Source: Clostridia bacterium (GTDB lineage: Bacteria; Bacillota; Clostridia; Christensenellales; QALW01). Taken from it: a stretch of DNA of 64,000 bases. The stretch lies in the NCBI GenBank assembly GCA_045600705.1, contig JAZRYL010000042.1, forward strand, positions 45,507 through 109,506, written 5' to 3'. Positions within the stretch are counted from its first letter, which is position 1. Each line of letters begins with the position of its first letter. Below are positions 49,709 to 58,725 of the stretch, in pieces. Below the pieces are notes generated by a model. The model ran no database searches. It had not been told where the DNA came from and saw nothing but the letters and a program-made list of their open reading frames with translations. The position numbers were made by a program, and so were the translations under genes.

Positions 49709-50497
49709 ATGAGCTTTTTAAGGAAGCAAAAAGTCTGGATTCTTCCTACGATTATCGTTCTTTTCATACTTGAAATACTTACATTTCCATTAGTTGTTTC
49801 GCTGACCTATGCAGGAAAAAGCGAAAGTCCCGAACATATTATTACTTATAATACCGGGAAACTGATATGGGATGACAATACTAAAGTGCGTGCAGACGGA
49901 ACAGGAGAATTAACATTATTTGATACCTTGTATCAGAATGTAAACAGTGACAACGGCGAGAAGGTTTTGGCTCCCGGTACGGAAGGGGACAACATCGTTC
50001 GACTTCATAACAAGTGCGGAAACGAAGTAACCTATACCGCTATTATGTACACTATACGTTCTGTGGGTAATTTGCCGGTTGTTGCAGTTATGGATGGCGA
50101 CGGCAATGATACTGAGGACTTTTCTTTACCAAACGGCATCGAAAAGGACAGTGTTGTCAAGGCTTTGAGCGGTAAACTTTCGGACGGACAGATTGCGGAT
50201 TTTAATATAGATTGGCATTGGACCTTCGAACAGGGAACCGAGCAGGATATCATTGATACGGCATTCGGAGATAAGGCCGCACAAGATGAAGCCGACAATG
50301 TTGTTATGGGCATATATATCGTGGTGGAAGATCAGGGATCGAAAGTGCGTCCTAATCCGCCTAAAACCGGTGATGACACCGTTATTTTCGGCTACATTAC
50401 TTTGTGTGCTATCAGTTTTATTGCAATAATTCTGCTTCTTATAACGGATAGGAAAAAGCGCAAGGAAGATGAAAGTTGCATTGAGCAAGATACTTAA
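49709..50497 (+). CDS. TasA-like protein carrying a C-terminal sortase-type sorting signal.
   Basis: TasA box VLAPGTEGDNIVRLHNKCGNEV. The C-terminus has PPKTGDD, then a hydrophobic helix (TVIFGYITLCAISFIAIILLLI), then RKKRKEDE, which is the architecture of an LPXTG-like cell-wall sorting signal. Confidence 0.5.
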   Translation: MSFLRKQKVWILPTIIVLFILEILTFPLVVSLTYAGKSESPEHIITYNTGKLIWDDNTKVRADGTGELTLFDTLYQNVNSDNGEKVLAPGTEGDNIVRLHNKCGNEVTYTAIMYTIRSVGNLPVVAVMDGDGNDTEDFSLPNGIEKDSVVKALSGKLSDGQIADFNIDWHWTFEQGTEQDIIDTAFGDKAAQDEADNVVMGIYIVVEDQGSKVRPNPPKTGDDTVIFGYITLCAISFIAIILLLITDRKKRKEDESCIEQDT

Positions 50498-50999
50498 ATG
50501 GATCGGTAGGATATTTACATTTCTTCTCATTTTAATTTTAGGCTTTAACGTTTACATTATTGTTATGCGTAGCTGTTTTAATGTTAAGATGCCTACGGTT
50601 TTCGGGTTTTCAAATGCCATAGTTTTGACGGGCAGTATGGAACCGACGATTCATGTAAATGATATGATAATTGTGAAATCACAGGACGTTTACAACGAAG
50701 GCGATATAGTAACTTATATTCCCGAAAACAACGGCACGCCTGTGACACACAGAATAATAGAAAAAAGAGATAATATTTTTATAACGCAAGGCGATGCAAA
50801 TAATACTGCAGATCCGGGAATTAAAGCGGAACAGGTTGTCGGACGTGTGGTGTTGACAATACCGTTTGTCGGAAGCATTGTTGCATTGCTTACTACACCG
50901 TTGGGACTGATGATTTTTATAATAATCGGTATTGCGGTGTTCGGCTTGGTACGGTTGATTGAAACCGTAAAAAATAAAAAGCAAACTCCGGATGAATAA
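50469..50999 (+). CDS. sipW: SipW-type signal peptidase I, copy 2.
   Basis: N-terminal TM, the exact SipW motif LTGSMEPTI, a C-terminal TM, and a size of about 176 aa typical of SipW. It overlaps the upstream gene by 29 nt. Confidence 0.65.
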   Translation: MKVALSKILKWIGRIFTFLLILILGFNVYIIVMRSCFNVKMPTVFGFSNAIVLTGSMEPTIHVNDMIIVKSQDVYNEGDIVTYIPENNGTPVTHRIIEKRDNIFITQGDANNTADPGIKAEQVVGRVVLTIPFVGSIVALLTTPLGLMIFIIIGIAVFGLVRLIETVKNKKQTPDE

Positions 51000-51019
51000 T
51001 AAGGAAAGAGAGGGACATC

Positions 51020-51670
51020 ATGTCGGAAAAGAGCGAAAAAAGTTTTTCTAAAATTCCGTTTAGGGTATACATTGTATACCTGTTAGTTGCGTCCTTCCTT
51101 TTTACAGGCGTTGCTTTTTCTAAATACGTTACATCCGGCTTCATAAACGACAGAGCACGTGTTGCAAGCATCGGAGAGGTAATTATTACCGAAACGGGCG
51201 ACTTTTCATCGTCATCCGTGGACGGTGATACCACCGAGAATTCTTATATTGTGATACCCGGAGTCGATTTAACAAAAGACGTTCGGCTTCGCTTTGACGG
51301 GTCGGAAATGGCATGCTACGTTTTCTTGCAGGTTGACCCGAACGGCTTTACCACAACGGATAATTATCACTTTGCACAGGGAAAAATTTCGTGGGCGATT
51401 GATGACTCATGGACGTTCCTTAAAGAAGACGGCGGCGTTTACGTTTATTATCATATAGTTGCCGCAAACGCTGCAATCGAAAATAAAGCTATACTTGAAG
51501 ATTCAAAAGTTACTGTAAATGAACAACTGATAAGGTCGGAACTTAACAGTCTTCCGGGTCTTCTTAACATAACCTTCAAAGCTACAGCCGCCCAGTATGA
51601 CGGTTTTGGAAATTTTGATACCGAAGAAGAACATGCTCTTGCTGCATGGAATTCGGTTAGTGCACATTGA
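51020..51670 (+). CDS. TasA/CalY-family secreted protein with a SipW-cognate signal peptide.
   Basis: Signal ...FTGVAFSKYVTSG. Core IVIPGVDLTKDVRLRFDG closely matches TasA KPGDKLTKDFQFENNG. Confidence 0.55.
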   Translation: MSEKSEKSFSKIPFRVYIVYLLVASFLFTGVAFSKYVTSGFINDRARVASIGEVIITETGDFSSSSVDGDTTENSYIVIPGVDLTKDVRLRFDGSEMACYVFLQVDPNGFTTTDNYHFAQGKISWAIDDSWTFLKEDGGVYVYYHIVAANAAIENKAILEDSKVTVNEQLIRSELNSLPGLLNITFKATAAQYDGFGNFDTEEEHALAAWNSVSAH

Positions 51671-51703
51671 TCTGTTATTAAGCATAAAGGAGGATAGAGA
51701 GCT

Positions 51704-54700
51704 GTGCATATATTCAATAAAATTAAAAAATCAAAAATAAGTATCAGAGTAATCTCAGCGGTTCTCTGCCTTTCTTATATGATATCTGTTTTTCAGCTGT
51801 TGCCAATGCTGACTAAAGCATTTGACGATGTTGACATTTATGTTGTCCGTGACGGCGAGAAGATAGATGAACTTATCATAAACTCCAACGAACATGTAAA
51901 TATCTCGGCAAAAACATCGGGATTTGTTACAACACGCTATCAGTGGCAGATTTTGGCTGACCGCCAAAATGAACTGTGGGTAGACGTTTACGATATGAGA
52001 AGCGAAGAAGCAGAAGTATCGTATGCACTTATTTCGCCTGTTATGGACGAATCAAACAGCGCATATATTCGATGTGTAGCCATACTTCCGGATAAGACGG
52101 TTTGCAGCAGCCCCGTATGCGTTACAGTACACGAACAGGCAAAATCAAACGTTCAGGGTAGCCTCGGCGCTCCTGTTTTAAGCGCTGCCCGTGCAAAAGC
52201 ACCGGTTTTATTAGGCGAACCGGCACCGGAATATGCGTATATTACCATAAATTATCTTAGTGCTGAATCCCCCGACAAAAAAGTTTTTACACCTTATGTT
52301 GCAAAAATTGCATACGATTCTACGTATTCTCAGGTCGTACCCAGCCCCACACAAATCGGATTTGCACCGTATTATTCCGGCGTGTCAGGAGATTCCGATC
52401 CCGAAAATGCCGAATACAGCGCACAGGCTATCAGTGTAAACTATAATCCGGGCGACGGTGACATCGTTTACAACGTTTATTACAAAGCCATTGACGTTCC
52501 CTATGCCGTAAAATATTTCTTCCAGAATATCAACGATGACGGATATACGCCAAATGCTTCCATATCCTTCAACGGAATGGCTAAAACCGGAACTATTGTT
52601 TCGGATGAAACTCTTAACCAACCCGTATTTGATTATTTCGGCGTTGACGAGAACGAAGATTTCGGATTTTCACCTCTTTACCATTATCCCGAATCGGTTG
52701 CTGCCGACGGTTCGACAGTATTCGAATGTTACTACGACAGAAACTATTATTTGATAAAATTTGACCTTGACGGCGGCTACGGCGTTGAACCTATTTATGC
52801 CCGTTTTGGCTCGTCATTCGTAATTACTCCCCCAAACAAGGCAGGATTTGTCTTCAAAGGATGGGATATCATCGACTCATACACGTATGACGTGTATATT
52901 GACGTTGACGGCACAGAAGTTAAAGTTGACACGGTTGTTCTTAATGCGGAACAGTACGTGGAAAAGGGAAGTCCGTCTGCGTTTGTAGGTTATTATACGT
53001 CGGGCGGAACTGAATACCCGGATGCAGTTTATAAGTTCGTTAAGGCAAGCGGCGACGGCATACCCGATAAACCCGAAGATACTTCAAAAATTCCGCTTGT
53101 ATATAACGGAACTGTTGAAGCTAAGGCCGCAAACTACAAGGCAATTTGGGAAACAACAACTACTACGTATACAATCGTTTATTGGGCTGAAAATGCCGAC
53201 GATAGCGGTTACAGTTATTGGGGCAATAAATTGGTTTCGACACAGTCAGCCACTGTTCTGACAGATTTCGATGCAATCGTTGCCGCAAACTCGGCCGCAA
53301 GCGCTTCGCTTACTGACGCAAAGTACTTTACCTATAATAGTGATAAGACAAAATTTGTGAACGGCGACGGCGTTTTGGTAGAAGGTGACGGTTCTACTAT
53401 CATAAACGTTTATTACAGCAGAAATACCTACGACCTTCTGTTCTATGATAGCGTGACCAAGTGTTACGTTCCGGAACATGTACATTCCGATTCGTGTTAT
53501 GCGTATGACTGCACATCTACACACGTTCACACCGCAGATTGCTGTAAATACGGCTTGAATGAAAATCCGCATACAGAGCTCTGTTGCGGACTTGAAAATC
53601 ACGCACACGGTGAAGAATGTCTTGTGAATTGCACTATTCCGGAGCATACTCACACTGTTGCGTGCTGTACGCTTTCGGAGCATACTCATACTGCTGCGTG
53701 CTGTAATAAAGAAGTGCACACTCATACCGCTGCGTGCATAACCTGTTCGCACGTACATACGGCGGCTTGCTATGGCGTCACCATTGCCGGATCTGCAACA
53801 GTGCCGAACGGTAACGGTTGGGATAATAGGAACGATAATAAAGACTTTATGAATCAGTTGGGTCTTACGTCCGGATATGTCTATTATTATGATGACCGTA
53901 AGGTGAATAACGCAAAGGATCACTACATTCTGTATCTCGACGGAATGTACTATAATCTGACCCAGGCAGAGTTTAATAATATAAAAGACGGAGATGAGGT
54001 TGCGAGCGGTGATTTTACCGGTACCGGTACTCTCCCTATGAAGGATTACTTTTACAAGTATAAAGCTAAGATTGTTACCGCCAAGTGCACCCATCCCACT
54101 CACGATGATTCCTGCTATAGTTGCGGCAAAACGGAGCATACGCACAGCGACGGAACCTGTACGTATAATTGCGGACAAATCGTTCATACTCACGGCGACG
54201 GAAATTGTAATCACGGCTGCGGAATGGTGGAGCATACTCATTCTGCGGCATGCAGATACAGATGTGCAAAGATAGAACATACTCATTCAAATTCGTGTTG
54301 TACCGTGCCCGCACATACGCATCAGCGTTCGTGCTATACGCTGTCCGGTACATTCAGGTCAAATAACCGAGATAGAGAAATTTCACTCGGAAATGCAACG
54401 ACGCCTACATGGACAGACAAAAGATCGGTGACAGTAAAAGGTGTCACTCTTTGGTATGATAACCAAGCGAACACTAACCAAAAGTATTTATACCTTAAGA
54501 TAGGTGAGTCCTATTACAGACTTAATTATAGCGGTACAACGGGAATCACTTACAGTAATATAAACAATATTACCGCTCTTAACTTAAACAGAACCTGTGC
54601 CTATGATGTAGAGCACACACACGGTGACGGAAACTGCACATATAATTGCATTGGCTATGAACACACACATACCGACAGCTGTTATGGATGCGGTAAAAAA

Positions 54701-57700
54701 GAACATATACACGGCGACGGAAACTGCAATTTTGCTGCATGTACAGATCCTACGCATCATGTTCACACCAGCGATTGTTTGGTATGCGGTTTTTTATCCG
54801 AGCACGTTCATGATGAAAGTTGCCCACGTGTTCTTGAATGCACGCAGACAGAACATTCGCACACTGACGGTACCTGCCGTACAACGGCATCCGGAAGCCA
54901 GGTAGACAGCGCTACACGTTATCTTGTATACAAAATAACTGCCAAATATAATGCGGATATTCACGCTCATTGGCCGATAAACGGATATAACGGAACAACG
55001 TATTCTTCCGCAAACCTTTACCGTTGGGACCCGGACAGAAGCAACAAGTTAGGATTAGATTCAGTTCTTGTTTATATGGACCGTATGCCGGGTATGGAAA
55101 GCGAAACCAATAAATCGCTTACGTTGCTCGCACAAAAGTCAAGCGGTAAATCAAATATCACCATGCACTATTGCGTACAGACAATTCCCGGTGATTCAAC
55201 GGCACAATACGTGAACTATTTAGGCGAACCGGCTGCAATAAACGCAGGTAAAGGCGGTGCAAGCGGTTATCAGTTTGTAACCGATTACCGTCGTGCCGGC
55301 GCATATTATACCGGTATCACCATGGACGTTGACTTCATCGACCTTGAAGGCTTTGAAAAATACCGTCTTTATACAAACAGCGGTGTAGATATTGCATACG
55401 CAAATAACACGACTACACGTAACGGTACGGACGACTATTTCTACTATCTCAGAAAACAGTACAATCTTTCGTTCTATAACTACAACGCCGATTGGGGTAC
55501 AACCAACAAGATATATTACGAACAGAATATGAATCCGTTCAATCCCGGTGAACCGCCGTATCCTTCAAGCCTTGAAGCCGGTGCATACGAGTTCGAAGCG
55601 TGGTACACTACGCCCGAATGTTATCCGGGAACCGAGTTCGATTGGAATGCGGTAAACAAGATGCCGGCGAAAGACGTTAAGTTATACGCAAAATGGGTTC
55701 CCGTTAAACACACGGTTAGATTCTTTGAAACCTACGACAAGATGAAAGAGTATGAACGCAGTGTTGCAAACGGTACTCCCGACGAAAGTCTTGTTTACGT
55801 CAAAGAATCCATGCCTACTGTTCCGTATAGCATGAAAGTCGATCACGGATCGTTTGTCGGTTCATTGCCTAACCCGGACAAATTGCTTGTTCAAAATTCC
55901 GGCGGATCAACCAGTGAGTATGACTTTGCAGGATGGTTTGCCGTTGAAAACGAGCAGAAAAAAGCGTTCACTCCTCTTGATATGCCTATTACGAAGGATA
56001 TGAACGTTTACGCCGATTGGGGTACGCATACAGCACAGCCCTATGCGGTTTACTACATCGTCAATGATTACGAAACAAATTCCATGTGGCTTAACATGCT
56101 CGGTGAACCTACGGAAGGCCAGAAGTGGAAGTCAAAATCGGTTACCATCGGAGGCCAACATCGCAATTATCTGTGTGTTGAGGAAAACGGTGTGTACCGT
56201 TGGTACCGTGAAGTTGCCGATAAAACAAGAGGATATGCTTACCAGGGTACTACACGAACCTTCCCTGCAAAAGCGGGCGAGTCGTTACATCAGTTATACA
56301 CAGATTACGATATAGACTTTAACCAAGGATATTATCCGACACCTGCTTCACACTCAATAACCATGGTGTATGAAGAAAACAGCTTGGAACCGATTAACAA
56401 CGTATTCGCTTTCAAGTATGTTCACGTCGATAATGTAAACTATACGGTTCGTTATCTTGATGCTGCAAACCCGGATCCCGGTAATCCTCTCCACGAGGAA
56501 AAGGTTGTTAGCACAGGAAATGCTATTGTAACGGAAAGATTCGTTCCTATACCGAACTACGTTCCGGATGCTTTCTACAAACAGTGCATTCTTGCGGTTA
56601 CTGAAGACCCGGATCATCCCGGCGTGTTCGTTTCTTCGCAGGATAACGTAATTACATTCTATTATTCAAAGAATACCACATCAGCTCGATATACTGTTCA
56701 CTTCCTTCTGCAAAAAGCAGACAGCGAACCGCTGAATGATAGTGATTTCAATGTATCCTTTGATACGAATTTGTATAGCGAATCCTACGGTACATACTCA
56801 TTCTCAAGTAAATTTGAGGAGTCCGGTTCTCGTATTGACGGTGTTGCCGATAAGGATACTCAGATACAAATAAGTCCTATCGACTTCGCAGGATTTAATC
56901 TTGTAGAGAATAAAGCAAAATATTCAAACGGTATGGGCGCCGCACAAAATGCTGCTTATTCCGGCGGCTCGTATAGCATTACGCCTGTACTTGACGGAAC
57001 CGATCTTTTCATTTTCTATGAAAGAGAATCGTATCCGTACAAGGTCTACTACTTAAAGTATGAAACACCTGTTTCAACAAGTGACCTTGCAACCTATATT
57101 ACCAAGGATGAAGCAAGAGGCGTTTTGGCCGACACAAAAGGAATGAGCGGAGATTTAATTGCACTTTACGGCAATACCTATTCCGAAAATGCGATTGATA
57201 TTGACGGATACGTTTGCGTATCGGCTCATACTATTGAAAAAGCAATTACACCGGTAGTTGAAAGCAACTATATTGTATTCTTCTACGTTCCCGAACAGTT
57301 TACTGTTCAGTACGTTGTCGCCGGCGGAAAAGGCGGAGAATTGTCCGCAACTAACGAAACCGGTTCTGCAACGTCCATAATGGGATCTGTTGCAATGGCA
57401 CTTCCCGGATACAAATTTGCGGGTTGGTTTATCGACCCGGAATGTACAATTCCGGCAATGTATGACCCGTCCACAAATCCGGACGGAAAAGGTACTACAT
57501 ATACAAGCACCTTAAAGGAAACAGAAGCCGTGGGCGAAAACGGTATTTACGTTATGCCCGACGTTGCAAAGATGATTCCTAACGGACAAGAGGGCGCAAA
57601 CAACAACATCTTCTATGCTAAATTTGATCCGCTTGTGGGCGAATTGACCGTTATTCGAAATAATTCGGATAATGAGGGCAACGGTGATCAGGTATTCGTT

Positions 57701-57958
57701 TACGAAATCAGAAATAAGACGACCGGTGCGGTATATTATGTTACTATTACAGGCAACGGATCGGCTACCGTTAAGGGTATTCCTCTCGGCGAATATACTG
57801 TGACACAGCAAAATGATTGGTCACATAGATTTGCTGACGCTTCAAAAGACGTTACAGTATCTCACTTGACAGGTGACAGCGTTACTTTTGAGGATGCCGC
57901 TGTAAAAAATAAGTGGCTGAACGGTAACGGCCACGTGGCTGTTAACAAAAAGGGGTGA
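51704..57958 (+). CDS. Giant secreted protein (2084 aa) with about 20 tandem His/Cys-rich 'EHTH...C' repeats and a C-terminal Cna-B/SpaA-like (prealbumin-fold) domain; a putative fibre-associated or metal-binding surface protein.
   Basis: Signal peptide ending LPMLTKAFDD (SipW-cognate-like). Residues around 590-1065 carry repeats CTIPEHTHTVACC, LSEHTHTAACC, KTEHTHSDGTC, MVEHTHSAAC, GYEHTHTDSC and so on. C-terminus GELTVIRNN...VKGIPLGEYTVTQ typical of the Cna B / SpaA isopeptide domain. Confidence 0.6.
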   Translation: MHIFNKIKKSKISIRVISAVLCLSYMISVFQLLPMLTKAFDDVDIYVVRDGEKIDELIINSNEHVNISAKTSGFVTTRYQWQILADRQNELWVDVYDMRSEEAEVSYALISPVMDESNSAYIRCVAILPDKTVCSSPVCVTVHEQAKSNVQGSLGAPVLSAARAKAPVLLGEPAPEYAYITINYLSAESPDKKVFTPYVAKIAYDSTYSQVVPSPTQIGFAPYYSGVSGDSDPENAEYSAQAISVNYNPGDGDIVYNVYYKAIDVPYAVKYFFQNINDDGYTPNASISFNGMAKTGTIVSDETLNQPVFDYFGVDENEDFGFSPLYHYPESVAADGSTVFECYYDRNYYLIKFDLDGGYGVEPIYARFGSSFVITPPNKAGFVFKGWDIIDSYTYDVYIDVDGTEVKVDTVVLNAEQYVEKGSPSAFVGYYTSGGTEYPDAVYKFVKASGDGIPDKPEDTSKIPLVYNGTVEAKAANYKAIWETTTTTYTIVYWAENADDSGYSYWGNKLVSTQSATVLTDFDAIVAANSAASASLTDAKYFTYNSDKTKFVNGDGVLVEGDGSTIINVYYSRNTYDLLFYDSVTKCYVPEHVHSDSCYAYDCTSTHVHTADCCKYGLNENPHTELCCGLENHAHGEECLVNCTIPEHTHTVACCTLSEHTHTAACCNKEVHTHTAACITCSHVHTAACYGVTIAGSATVPNGNGWDNRNDNKDFMNQLGLTSGYVYYYDDRKVNNAKDHYILYLDGMYYNLTQAEFNNIKDGDEVASGDFTGTGTLPMKDYFYKYKAKIVTAKCTHPTHDDSCYSCGKTEHTHSDGTCTYNCGQIVHTHGDGNCNHGCGMVEHTHSAACRYRCAKIEHTHSNSCCTVPAHTHQRSCYTLSGTFRSNNRDREISLGNATTPTWTDKRSVTVKGVTLWYDNQANTNQKYLYLKIGESYYRLNYSGTTGITYSNINNITALNLNRTCAYDVEHTHGDGNCTYNCIGYEHTHTDSCYGCGKKEHIHGDGNCNFAACTDPTHHVHTSDCLVCGFLSEHVHDESCPRVLECTQTEHSHTDGTCRTTASGSQVDSATRYLVYKITAKYNADIHAHWPINGYNGTTYSSANLYRWDPDRSNKLGLDSVLVYMDRMPGMESETNKSLTLLAQKSSGKSNITMHYCVQTIPGDSTAQYVNYLGEPAAINAGKGGASGYQFVTDYRRAGAYYTGITMDVDFIDLEGFEKYRLYTNSGVDIAYANNTTTRNGTDDYFYYLRKQYNLSFYNYNADWGTTNKIYYEQNMNPFNPGEPPYPSSLEAGAYEFEAWYTTPECYPGTEFDWNAVNKMPAKDVKLYAKWVPVKHTVRFFETYDKMKEYERSVANGTPDESLVYVKESMPTVPYSMKVDHGSFVGSLPNPDKLLVQNSGGSTSEYDFAGWFAVENEQKKAFTPLDMPITKDMNVYADWGTHTAQPYAVYYIVNDYETNSMWLNMLGEPTEGQKWKSKSVTIGGQHRNYLCVEENGVYRWYREVADKTRGYAYQGTTRTFPAKAGESLHQLYTDYDIDFNQGYYPTPASHSITMVYEENSLEPINNVFAFKYVHVDNVNYTVRYLDAANPDPGNPLHEEKVVSTGNAIVTERFVPIPNYVPDAFYKQCILAVTEDPDHPGVFVSSQDNVITFYYSKNTTSARYTVHFLLQKADSEPLNDSDFNVSFDTNLYSESYGTYSFSSKFEESGSRIDGVADKDTQIQISPIDFAGFNLVENKAKYSNGMGAAQNAAYSGGSYSITPVLDGTDLFIFYERESYPYKVYYLKYETPVSTSDLATYITKDEARGVLADTKGMSGDLIALYGNTYSENAIDIDGYVCVSAHTIEKAITPVVESNYIVFFYVPEQFTVQYVVAGGKGGELSATNETGSATSIMGSVAMALPGYKFAGWFIDPECTIPAMYDPSTNPDGKGTTYTSTLKETEAVGENGIYVMPDVAKMIPNGQEGANNNIFYAKFDPLVGELTVIRNNSDNEGNGDQVFVYEIRNKTTGAVYYVTITGNGSATVKGIPLGEYTVTQQNDWSHRFADASKDVTVSHLTGDSVTFEDAAVKNKWLNGNGHVAVNKKG

Positions 57959-58509
57959 TGAGCGTGAAGAAGAAAAAAAAGCTTGTTCTTGCATTGCTGT
58001 TGATTTTGATTCTTGCGCTTATTGCTGCCGGTGTAACAATAGCCTATATGCTGCGTAGCTCCGGCAAAATAAACAACATTTTTGAAAAAGCAGTTGTTTC
58101 ATGTGCTGTTGTAGAGGATTTTGACTCTGAAACCGGTGTTAAGAGCAGTGTTAAAGTAAGAAACACCGGAAATATCAACGGTTTTATAAGAGTTCGTCTT
58201 GTATCTTATTGGGTAGACGGTGAAGGCAATATTGTCGGAAAACCGTCTGAAATGCCAAGCGTTTCGTATGATTCCGAAAAATGGATCAAAGGAGCAAACG
58301 ACACGTATTATTGTAAAGAACCGGTAATGGTCGGGGAAGAAACTCCGGAATTTTTAGATGCGAATATTCAATTGAAATATCCGCCTGATGAAGAATATTA
58401 CCAGGTGCTTGAAGTAATTCCCGAGGCGATACAGTCCGCACCTGCAAAGGCAGTTAAAGAGGCGTGGGGAATGTATGTCAAAGACGGCAAGATATCTAAC
58501 GAGCCTTGA
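57955..58509 (+). CDS. Small TasA/camelysin-like secreted protein with a SipW-cognate signal.
   Basis: Its start overlaps the stop of the giant gene (ATGA). Signal ...AAGVTIAYMLRSSG. Core VKVRNTGNINGFIRVRL resembles the TasA FQFENNGSLAIKEV box. Confidence 0.5.
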   Translation: MMSVKKKKKLVLALLLILILALIAAGVTIAYMLRSSGKINNIFEKAVVSCAVVEDFDSETGVKSSVKVRNTGNINGFIRVRLVSYWVDGEGNIVGKPSEMPSVSYDSEKWIKGANDTYYCKEPVMVGEETPEFLDANIQLKYPPDEEYYQVLEVIPEAIQSAPAKAVKEAWGMYVKDGKISNEP

Positions 58510-58529
58510 TAAAAGAATGCATTAAATGA

Positions 58530-58563
58530 AAAACGGCAGAGAATTTTCTCTGTCGTTTTTTTG
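58530..58563 (+). terminator. Rho-independent terminator ending the SipW/TasA-like operon.
   Basis: acggcagagaattttctctgtcg followed by tttttttg. Confidence 0.7.
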
Positions 58564-58603
58564 ATAAATCCCTGCATTAAAAATAACACCGAAATAATTT
58601 TTA

Positions 58604-58632
58604 TTGAAAATATAACGGTTATCGTGTATAAT
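58604..58632 (+). promoter_or_regulatory. Sigma-A-type promoter for the LuxR-family gene.
   Basis: TTGAAA (58604-58609), a 17-nt spacer, and TATAAT (58627-58632), about 90 nt upstream of the ATG at 58726. Confidence 0.5.
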
Positions 58633-58725
58633 ATATGTCGTAATGCTAACCGCTTGGCGGTGCGTTTCAGCGGCAAAACGGAATACGGCATTGTTCGTAT
58701 TTGCGTAAAAAAAACGGAGCGAAAA

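Noticed and set aside
53246-54286. 346-aa ORF on the minus strand.
   Set aside because: It is entirely antisense to the His/Cys-repeat region of the 2084-aa gene. Its low-complexity translation is a mirror of the repeat codons, and it has no RBS or independent signal.
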